Shown here: positions 1-5,882 of the stretch, in pieces
Layout of the letters: the number at the start of each line of letters is the position of its first letter
Numbering within the stretch: position 1 is the first letter of the stretch
Notes under the pieces: model-generated
Told to the model about the DNA's origin: nothing
The model's input: only the letters and a program-made list of their open reading frames with translations
The model's database searches: none
Virus record (IMG/VR): IMGVR_UViG_3300042298_001940
Strand: one strand, 5' to 3'
Origin: an uncultured virus (IMG/VR IMGVR_UViG_3300042298_001940)
Taxonomy: Duplodnaviria; Heunggongvirae; Uroviricota; Caudoviricetes
Length of the DNA stretch: 20,000 nt
Translations under genes and position numbers: made by a program

Positions 1-1
1 G

Positions 2-385
2 GCAATTAAAAATGGAATACCTTCGCTTTATCTACAATCCTATAAGGATCTTTACAATACTAGTAGTTGGAACTGGGATCATTCTTTCTGCATCGACAAT
101 GTTTTGTATGTCCATGGTGACGGTTGGTCTTCTGAGTATCCTGCATTCAATGCGGCAAAAGCCCACATGCAGTCGGTAGTCAGCGGTCACACCCATTCCA
201 AGTTTAGCATCAACTGGGCACAGGGTCCCAACAACAACTCAATCTTTGGGATGAATGTTGGTAGTGGGGTAGACCTAAACAACCCTGTATTCAAATACTC
301 ACAGCCACACCTCAAGAAAGCCATCCTTGGATGTGGTATTGTAATTGATGGCAAGTATCCTTATTTGGAGAAAATGTATGTCTGA
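2..385 (+). CDS. Calcineurin-like metallophosphoesterase, C-terminal part (5' end outside window)
   Basis: Frame is open from position 2 (AIKNGIPSLY...). Contains the YVHGD and SVVSGHTH motifs (the last two metal-binding motifs of the family) followed by a GMNVGSG strand. Confidence 0.75.
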   Translation, partial: AIKNGIPSLYLQSYKDLYNTSSWNWDHSFCIDNVLYVHGDGWSSEYPAFNAAKAHMQSVVSGHTHSKFSINWAQGPNNNSIFGMNVGSGVDLNNPVFKYSQPHLKKAILGCGIVIDGKYPYLEKMYV

Positions 386-548
386 GCAACCCCAGGTTCC
401 CGCAGTTCCAGTAGAGGCCGTAGTACTCTACCTGACGGACATGGCTAAGATGGTTGAATCTATCCATGCAAATCTAATCAACAACATCAACACGCTTCGG
501 CCTAAGGTCGAGGGAGAAATCGTAAATGCCAGCAGCACCGAAGAGTAA
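378..548 (+). CDS. Hypothetical protein (56 aa, MSEQPQ...)
   Basis: ATG at 378 after GGAG (367-370); overlaps both neighbours tightly; helical-looking sequence. Confidence 0.6.
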   Translation: MSEQPQVPAVPVEAVVLYLTDMAKMVESIHANLINNINTLRPKVEGEIVNASSTEE

Positions 549-996
549 TTATGGTAAGTCCTTTGTGACGGGAAATGTCACGGTCAAGTGGTCACATCTT
601 ATGTCGCCAGACGACAAGTATGGCAACCCAAACCACTCGGTCACTGTAGAGGTTACGCCAGAACTCAAGAAGCAGATCGACTCTGCCGTCAAGTCTCTTG
701 GTGGCAAAAAGATCAATGGCTTCAAGGAGCAGGATGGACTTAAGACCATCAAGTTTAAGAATACCTTGATTGCCAAGAGCGGTGAAAAGACATTCCCCGT
801 TACTGGTCCTGATGCCAAGCCAACCACAACCGTTCCTTTTGGTACTGATGTGGTTCGCGTCAAGGTAACCCCAGGTCTTATTGCCCGTGATAACTCGGTG
901 TCCTTCTATCTTGAAGGCATTCAGCTTATCGAACGGAACTATGTAGGCAATGATTCGGACTTCAAGCCAGTTGAAGACACCGAGTCACCGTTCTAA
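526..996 (+). CDS. Single-stranded DNA-binding protein, T7 gp2.5-like
   Basis: KWSHLMSPDDKYG..HSVTV N-terminal pattern, SFYLEGIQLIE strand, acidic C-terminal tail ending in Phe (DSDFKPVEDTESPF); sits in a T7-like replication module. Confidence 0.75.
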   Translation: MPAAPKSNYGKSFVTGNVTVKWSHLMSPDDKYGNPNHSVTVEVTPELKKQIDSAVKSLGGKKINGFKEQDGLKTIKFKNTLIAKSGEKTFPVTGPDAKPTTTVPFGTDVVRVKVTPGLIARDNSVSFYLEGIQLIERNYVGNDSDFKPVEDTESPF

Positions 997-1007
997 GTAG
1001 GTGACGG

Positions 1008-1388
1008 ATGATGGAGTACAGGTTTCCAATAAATCCCATAGCTGCATCACGACCAAGAGTCAGCAGATATGGCGCGTATTTTACTGGACCCTATAAGAAG
1101 TTCCGTTCCGAGGCATCCTTGATAATTAACAGGGTACTCGGACGGAACTTCACTCCATTGTCTGGAAAGCTTGCAGTAGACATCGAGTGTCATGTAACAA
1201 GACCTAAGACAACAAAGCTAGAATATCCAAGGGCTGATGTGGACAACTACAGCAAGTCCATTCTAGACTGTCTTAATGGTAAGTTGTGGGATGACGATTC
1301 ACAGATCGTCGCTTTGTTCATTTCAAAGAAGTGGGCAAAGGAAGGTGAAAGTGGATACTTCACCGTATCTGTAGAAAAGATCAAGTAA
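1008..1388 (+). CDS. rusA: RusA-family Holliday junction resolvase
   Basis: N-terminal RPRV; catalytic DVDNYSKSILDCLNGKLWDDDSQIV motif (DxDN-x-K...D...DDxQI). Confidence 0.9.
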   Translation: MMEYRFPINPIAASRPRVSRYGAYFTGPYKKFRSEASLIINRVLGRNFTPLSGKLAVDIECHVTRPKTTKLEYPRADVDNYSKSILDCLNGKLWDDDSQIVALFISKKWAKEGESGYFTVSVEKIK

Positions 1389-1759
1389 TGAACATCGAAA
1401 AGTACAGCAAACTAGCCTGGACTGAGCTCAACAAGGTTGGTCTTCTTAGGAACTACAACCATGTGTCTGTCATACTGAGAAACAACGATGTTGTTTCCCT
1501 TGGTATCAATAGACGAAAGACACATCCTCTTGCCATGAAATATGGCTATAGGAATCAAGAACTCCACAGTGAGTTGGATGCCTTGATAAAGATTCCAAGG
1601 ATTCACAGAAACAATCTTGTTCTGCTCAACTTTAGGTTTGGTACACAGGGAGAGTTAAAGATGTCAAGACCATGCAGCCTATGCTTGCCTTGGTGCATTG
1701 CAACATTTGATGAGATATATTACTCTGTCCCTGATGGACTTGTCCAGATGGTGCTATAG
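1388..1759 (+). CDS. Zinc-dependent deaminase (cytidine/dCMP deaminase superfamily), substrate unknown
   Basis: HSE (HxE) in LHSELDAL, PCxxC in SRPCSLC, and an N-terminal HVSVIL..VVSLGIN strand typical of the CDA fold. Confidence 0.8.
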   Translation: MNIEKYSKLAWTELNKVGLLRNYNHVSVILRNNDVVSLGINRRKTHPLAMKYGYRNQELHSELDALIKIPRIHRNNLVLLNFRFGTQGELKMSRPCSLCLPWCIATFDEIYYSVPDGLVQMVL

Positions 1760-1768
1760 GGTTAGTGT

Positions 1769-1840
1769 GGAGGGTTGCCTGAGCGGTCAAGGAGTCGGCA
1801 TATAACCGACCACAGACAGGTTCGACTCCTGTACCCTCTA
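1769..1840 (+). tRNA. tRNA-Ile(UAU), atypical (A33, G48)
   Basis: Acceptor GGAGGGT/ACCCTCT, discriminator A; D-arm CCT..AGG with GG; anticodon stem GTCGG/CCGAC with loop CA-TAT-AA; T-arm ACAGG-TTCGACT-CCTGT. No encoded CCA. Confidence 0.75.
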
Positions 1841-1845
1841 TTGTT

Positions 1846-1929
1846 GGATCTGTGGCTGGAATTGGCAGACGCAGCGGACTCAAAATCTGCTTCCTATACG
1901 GAGTGTGGGTTCGACTCCCACCAGATCCA
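1846..1929 (+). tRNA. tRNA-Leu(CAA)
   Basis: Acceptor GGATCTG/CAGATCC, A73; Leu-type D-loop GGAATTGGCAGAC; stem GCGGA/TCTGC with loop CT-CAA-AA; long variable arm; GTGGG-TTCGACT-CCCAC. Confidence 0.93.
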
Positions 1930-2046
1930 TTCTCTAGTATGCTGAGCCTAAATGCATAAAGAACTCTAGAGTCCAAACCCGAGGGGCAACGACTTACAGT
2001 TCACAGGAGGGGTTGCGTTTAATCCTTAGAAGAACGCACATGGTTA

Positions 2047-2113
2047 ACGATCTTCGTCTAATGGTAAGGCGGCATCGACGGATGTAATGTAGGTTCGATT
2101 CCCACAGATCGTG
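2047..2113 (+). ncRNA. tRNA-like RNA lacking a normal anticodon loop (4-nt loop GACG); tRNA mimic or pseudo-tRNA
   Basis: Perfect acceptor ACGATCT/AGATCGT plus G; D-arm GTCT-AATGGTA-AGGC; stem GCATC/GATGT closing only GACG; 3-nt variable region; T-arm GTAGG-TTCGATT-CCCAC with one A.C mismatch. Confidence 0.75.
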
Positions 2114-2118
2114 TTGTT

Positions 2119-2192
2119 ATTCCTGTAGCTCAAGTGGATAGAGCAACAGCCTTCTAAGCTGTGGGTTACAGGTTCAAGTCCTGTCAGGAATG
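2119..2192 (+). tRNA. tRNA-Arg(TCT)
   Basis: Acceptor ATTCCTG/CAGGAAT; D-arm GCTC-AAGTGGATA-GAGC; stem ACAGC/GCTGT with loop CT-TCT-AA; ACAGG-TTCAAGT-CCTGT. Confidence 0.95.
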
Positions 2193-2208
2193 TTAAAGGA
2201 GGATACAC

Positions 2209-2439
2209 ATGCCAACCTATGAAGAAGACAAAGCAAGTTTGCAAGCAACTATCAATATACTTAATGATGAGTATGCACTACTTGAGCGAGAGTTGCTTGA
2301 CACAAGAAAGAAACTGGCTCAAGCCCGTAGAGAGATTTGCCAAAGAACGGCAGGATATTCACAATATCCACACGGTGCTCATGTAGAAGCAAAGATGCGT
2401 GGATGGGATTGCTGGGAGGAACGTTATGACGACAACTGA
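2209..2439 (+). CDS. Hypothetical coiled-coil protein with C-terminal ARRxxC...RGWDC motif
   Basis: Strong SD AAAGGAGG upstream; motif shared with 4184..4597. Confidence 0.75.
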   Translation: MPTYEEDKASLQATINILNDEYALLERELLDTRKKLAQARREICQRTAGYSQYPHGAHVEAKMRGWDCWEERYDDN

Positions 2440-2650
2440 AGAAATGCTAAATGCAATAGACAATGCCCGTAACTTTATGTATAGGTTGCTTGATCCCAAG
2501 CAGACACCTAGGGTTCCAAAGTCTGTAAGAAAAGACGCAAGAAACAGACTCAAGCATTTTCCACACAAATCTGATGTCCAGACAATCAAGGAATCCCTTG
2601 AGTTTGAAGATAAGGTTAGAAATATGTGGCCATTTAGAAACGGAGAATAG
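2426..2650 (+). CDS. Conserved small phage protein (resembles BPSL0761-like family)
   Basis: ATG at 2426 after GGAGG; pattern AIDNARNFMYRLLDPKQTPRVPKSVRKDARNRLKHFP. Family recalled from memory, not searched. Confidence 0.65.
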   Translation: MTTTEEMLNAIDNARNFMYRLLDPKQTPRVPKSVRKDARNRLKHFPHKSDVQTIKESLEFEDKVRNMWPFRNGE

Positions 2651-2845
2651 ATGACTACTAAATTGTATATCGATCCACCATCTGGTTGGAAGTATGGATT
2701 TCCTAAGCCAGCACCAGACAACCTTACAAAAATGAACCAAGCCCAGCTCAATCAATGGTTTATTGAAAACGGATACCCAGAAATTGAACTTAATAGTTTC
2801 AAGTATGGAATGCCTTTTAGGGTAATCGAAGGAGACTATGAATGA
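2651..2845 (+). CDS. Hypothetical phage protein (IDPPSGWKYGFPKP motif)
   Basis: SD GGAG upstream; abuts the previous stop codon; ATGA overlap with the next gene. Confidence 0.7.
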   Translation: MTTKLYIDPPSGWKYGFPKPAPDNLTKMNQAQLNQWFIENGYPEIELNSFKYGMPFRVIEGDYE

Positions 2846-3090
2846 AGATGTTTGTTGTTCACTATAGAAAAGAATGGGAAGATAATTTCTTCCTCAACGA
2901 GTACGACATTCTTTTTGCAAACGATGCCGATCAGGCAATGCAAATCTACAAGGAGTCCTATAGTAAAGACGAGTTTCTCGTGGCTGTCTATGAAGCTAAA
3001 ATGGTGTGGAAAGATCCGTTGACAACTCTGACAGAACTAGATGAAGGGACTGATGGTTATGATGACGATTGTGAAAGGAAACAACTATGA
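2842..3090 (+). CDS. Hypothetical acidic protein
   Basis: SD AAGGAG; ATGA overlaps at both ends. Confidence 0.65.
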   Translation: MKMFVVHYRKEWEDNFFLNEYDILFANDADQAMQIYKESYSKDEFLVAVYEAKMVWKDPLTTLTELDEGTDGYDDDCERKQL

Positions 3091-3323
3091 GTGATGGCAA
3101 ACCGCACCGTGTAGTTGTAGAGAAGTTTGGCAAGCGAAGACTTTGCAGGGTTACTGCATACGGCGAACCCCAATTAAGTTACACATCAGAGCAAATCTTG
3201 TGGGTTGAGCGTGGAGAAGATGAATATGCCATACCTCACTACAAGCCACCGTTCTGTGTCCTGTACCGAGAAGACTGGCTTATGGGTCAGGATCAACTGC
3301 AATCAAGCAAGGAGAACAAGTGA
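3087..3323 (+). CDS. Hypothetical protein
   Basis: ATGA/GTGA coupling with neighbours; AAGGA SD. Confidence 0.65.
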   Translation: MSDGKPHRVVVEKFGKRRLCRVTAYGEPQLSYTSEQILWVERGEDEYAIPHYKPPFCVLYREDWLMGQDQLQSSKENK

Positions 3324-3583
3324 AAGACAACCACAGCAATAGCGATTATGTCGAGACGGACACAAAAAAAAGGTGGGAGCAAGGCATCCCCCATCACCCA
3401 GAGTCTGAGAAGATTTTTGCCTTCCTCCGAAAGGCAGACGAGAAGTACGACTTCTTCGACTGGAAAGCGGGAGGTGACGGGGACAATGGAGAGGAGCTGA
3501 TGTATGCCCTTGATGTCTATTTTGACCTCAAGGATCGTGAAAACAAGGAGAGCAAGCGCCGTGCAAAGGAGGTGCAGCGATGA
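3320..3583 (+). CDS. Hypothetical protein (GIPHHP...WKAGGDGDNGEELMY motif)
   Basis: GTG start with AAGGAG SD; coupled to both neighbours. Confidence 0.7.
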   Translation: MKDNHSNSDYVETDTKKRWEQGIPHHPESEKIFAFLRKADEKYDFFDWKAGGDGDNGEELMYALDVYFDLKDRENKESKRRAKEVQR

Positions 3584-3711
3584 GCGACTACTGGGAACTG
3601 GATCTAGACCGCCTTGTGGGGTGCGGGCTTCCGCTATTGGCGGTCGCGCTCCTCGCCATCGGCGCAGCCGTGGGGCTGCTGATCGCGTACCTGATCTGGG
3701 GTGTCGCATGA
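3580..3711 (+). CDS. Small membrane protein, 43 aa (MSDYWELDLDRLVGCGLPLLAVALLAIGAAVGLLIAYLIWGVA); not in ORF track
   Basis: Translated by hand. SD AAGGAGG, ATGA overlaps at both ends, one long hydrophobic helix. Confidence 0.7.
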   Translation: MSDYWELDLDRLVGCGLPLLAVALLAIGAAVGLLIAYLIWGVA

Positions 3712-4187
3712 GCGACAACACAGACATCGTGCAGCGGCTTCGAGGACAGAGCGTCGGGGACTACTCCGTTTTGCTGTGGGAAGCCGCAGACGAAATTGAG
3801 CGCCTCCGCGCCAACCTCCCGCAGTTGTGGAGAACCAAGACAACCAACGCCAAGCTCCGCGCCGAACTCGCGCAGCGCACCGCCGAGCGCGACGCTCTCG
3901 CAGCCGAACTCGCCGCGCTCAAGGCCCACGACCCGCTCGCGGAGATGTGGCGGGAACTTGCGGAGTACCAGACGCAAGCCGACGCGGACGGACACGGGGA
4001 GTCGTGGCGCATCATGTGCAGCGAGCGGACGACACCAGCGGCGTGGGAGGCATGGGGTGATGCGGTACGGGTTTTAGCGCGCCACGAAGCGCGGGTTGCG
4101 GCTAGGTCTGCTGGCGATGCCGCGTCGTTACATTCGGCGTTTGACGCGGTCACCGCGATCCGTAAGGCGAAGGAGGCGAAGCGATGA
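3708..4187 (+). CDS. Hypothetical coiled-coil protein (MSDNTDIVQRLR...EAADEIERLR), high GC
   Basis: ATG at 3708 overlaps the previous TGA. The track's upstream extension from 3504 is a shadow of other genes. Confidence 0.7.
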   Translation: MSDNTDIVQRLRGQSVGDYSVLLWEAADEIERLRANLPQLWRTKTTNAKLRAELAQRTAERDALAAELAALKAHDPLAEMWRELAEYQTQADADGHGESWRIMCSERTTPAAWEAWGDAVRVLARHEARVAARSAGDAASLHSAFDAVTAIRKAKEAKR

Positions 4188-4445
4188 GCGACAACACTCT
4201 GACAAGAGAGAACCAGTTCTACGCGGAGATTGCCGCGCTCCGCACCGAACTCGCGACTGTAACTCAGGCGTTTAAAGCCAAGGCGGCGGAGCTCGCGCAG
4301 CGCACCGCCGAGCGCGACGCTCTCGCAGCCGAGAACGCCGACCTCAAGGACCGAATTGCAACGGCGTTGTTCGACAAAGCGGCGGTCGAGCGCGGCGTCA
4401 TGCGCCTCCGCGCCGACCTCGCGCAGCGCACCGCCGAGCGCGACG
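3867..4445 (+). repeat. Dispersed direct repeats encoding LAQRTAERD
   Basis: 41-bp exact copies at 3867-3907 and 4292-4332; their 28-bp core CTCGCGCAGCGCACCGCCGAGCGCGACG recurs at 4418-4445. Confidence 0.9.
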
Positions 4446-4597
4446 AGGCGCGGCGTGCTCTCTGCGTTTCCCAAGCCGTTGATTATTTGTGCGAAACGAA
4501 TCCAGACGAACCGATCTCGTACGACGAGACTCGCCGCATCGCAGCCGAGTTTGCCGCCGAGCGCGGCTGGGACTGCTTCAAGAAGGAAAACAAGTGA
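4184..4597 (+). CDS. Hypothetical coiled-coil protein with ERDEARRALC...RGWDCF motif, high GC
   Basis: SD AAGGAGG; ATGA overlap; C-terminus related to 2209..2439. Confidence 0.75.
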   Translation: MSDNTLTRENQFYAEIAALRTELATVTQAFKAKAAELAQRTAERDALAAENADLKDRIATALFDKAAVERGVMRLRADLAQRTAERDEARRALCVSQAVDYLCETNPDEPISYDETRRIAAEFAAERGWDCFKKENK

Positions 4598-4800
4598 GCA
4601 ACGAAGTTTGGTATCTGTTGTTTGATGGAACCAGTGTTGACGGTACAGGACCTGGAGAATACATAGGACGCACAACCGACTATGAAGAAGCACGCAAGCA
4701 CTATAAAAAGTGCGAGCGCAATCCATACAGTGTTGGAAAAGTAATCATTGTAACAGACACAAGACACGACCGTGCTTGGAGTCAAGATTGGAAGCATTAA
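4594..4800 (+). CDS. Hypothetical protein (MSNEVWYLLFDG...)
   Basis: GTG at 4594 overlaps the previous TGA; SD AAGGA. Confidence 0.6.
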   Translation: MSNEVWYLLFDGTSVDGTGPGEYIGRTTDYEEARKHYKKCERNPYSVGKVIIVTDTRHDRAWSQDWKH

Positions 4801-4802
4801 AC

Positions 4803-5063
4803 ATGGTAACAATTGAACATAACTTTGAAATTGAATTTGAAGGCGAGTTCTACTCTGGTATTCTTATCATCGACGCTGTTGTAGAGGAAGATCAGATGCT
4901 GTACGAGAACAATACAAGGTACATCCGTACCGCAAAGATCTTTGGTACTGAGTTGTTTGAGGTAACTCCAACACCAAGTGGACCAAAGACATTGAACAAA
5001 CTAATTGAAACAATTCTGATTGTTGATGAAGAAGAAATTGAATCCAGAATCCTACAGGAGTGA
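4803..5063 (+). CDS. Hypothetical highly acidic protein (MVTIEHNFEIEFEG...)
   Basis: ATG at 4803, two nt after the previous stop; Glu/Ile-rich. Confidence 0.6.
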   Translation: MVTIEHNFEIEFEGEFYSGILIIDAVVEEDQMLYENNTRYIRTAKIFGTELFEVTPTPSGPKTLNKLIETILIVDEEEIESRILQE

Positions 5064-5070
5064 AGCGACG

Positions 5071-5706
5071 ATGGTAATTGTTGAATACATTGATCACATG
5101 GGAACAGACGAGGATGTGTGCGATGCAGCACGGGTATCTATGAACAAGTCGGCTGATCTGTTCACAGTAAATCAAAACTACAAGTTGATTGAGTATCTAG
5201 CCAAGCACAACCACTGGAGTCCATTTGCCCACGTCACCGTAAAGATGCGCTTCCGCGCTCCCATCTTTATTGCTAGGCAGTTGGCCAAGCATCAAGTTGG
5301 CTTTGCGTGGAACGAAGTAAGCAGACGATACGTCAAGAATGAACCCGAGTTCTGGTGGACAAACCAGTTCAGAAATTCTGCCGAAAACATCAAGCAAGGT
5401 TCTTCTTCAGAGATTAACAGATCTGCCGACGACTTTGCCTCTAGTCTCAGGTTTATCAACAACTATACGAGAACATTGTATGAGAACGCGGTAAGCAGCG
5501 GCATCTGTCCTGAACAGGCAAGAGCCATTCTTCCCCAGTCAATGATGACCGAGTGGATCTGGACTGGTTCTCTGTACGGTTGGTCAAGAATGTACGCACT
5601 TAGGGCTGATCCGCATACCCAGAAAGAGACGCAGGAATATGCACACCGAGTCGGAGAGATCTGTTCTAAGTACTTCCCAATAAGCTGGAGTGCCCTGACA
5701 TCATGA
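5071..5706 (+). CDS. thyX: FAD-dependent thymidylate synthase
   Basis: AARVS, HNHWSPF, APIFIARQLAKHQVG, WNEVSRRY, PEQARAILPQ and HTQKE motifs; ATG at 5071 after AGGAG. Confidence 0.95.
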   Translation: MVIVEYIDHMGTDEDVCDAARVSMNKSADLFTVNQNYKLIEYLAKHNHWSPFAHVTVKMRFRAPIFIARQLAKHQVGFAWNEVSRRYVKNEPEFWWTNQFRNSAENIKQGSSSEINRSADDFASSLRFINNYTRTLYENAVSSGICPEQARAILPQSMMTEWIWTGSLYGWSRMYALRADPHTQKETQEYAHRVGEICSKYFPISWSALTS

Positions 5707-5882
5707 ACTATACCCCAGAAGAAGTAGTGGTTTTGCTGGAAAACGCAATTGAATTTAACCAACATGAAAAATACCATGCTGGATACACAGCCAAGGAACT
5801 GCATACCATGGCCTACAAGGTCATCAAGGATATGCTAAAAGAAAGGAACAGTAAGAATGACAAGTCGCGTTACGACCTCTAA
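5703..5882 (+). CDS. Hypothetical protein, 59 aa (MNYTPEEVVVLLENAIEF...); not in ORF track
   Basis: Translated by hand. ATGA overlap with the thyX stop; fills the gap before the primase. Confidence 0.6.
   Translation: MNYTPEEVVVLLENAIEFNQHEKYHAGYTAKELHTMAYKVIKDMLKERNSKNDKSRYDL

Noticed and set aside
1930..2046. Possible HDV-like (theta) or hammerhead ribozyme, or fluoride riboswitch, after tRNA-Leu
   Set aside because: Could not place the required P3/L3 and nested pseudoknot, the CUGAUGA/GAAA core, or the GAUG motif; kept only as an unassigned structured spacer.
2076..2082. Reading the third RNA as tRNA-Arg(ACG) or tRNA-Val(GAC)
   Set aside because: A 7-nt loop register destroys the anticodon stem pairing and gives no U33.
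2013..2087. TTG-started mini ORF after AGGAGG at 2005-2010
   Set aside because: SD spacing is only 2 nt and the ORF runs through the tRNA-like element.
1632..2244. Minus-strand ORFs 1632..1976 and 2044..2244
   Set aside because: They are antisense translations of tRNA genes (GVEP/GLEPVT patterns are the reverse complement of T-arms).
3867..4445. CRISPR array or DGR template/variable repeat
   Set aside because: Spacing is irregular (hundreds of bp), repeats are in-frame coding, there are no adenine-specific mismatches within the shared core, and no cas or reverse transcriptase gene is seen.
3293..4812. Long minus-strand and alternate-frame ORFs (e.g. 3761..4726, 321 aa)
   Set aside because: Expected stop-poor shadows in high-GC DNA; the + strand genes have SDs and coupled overlaps.
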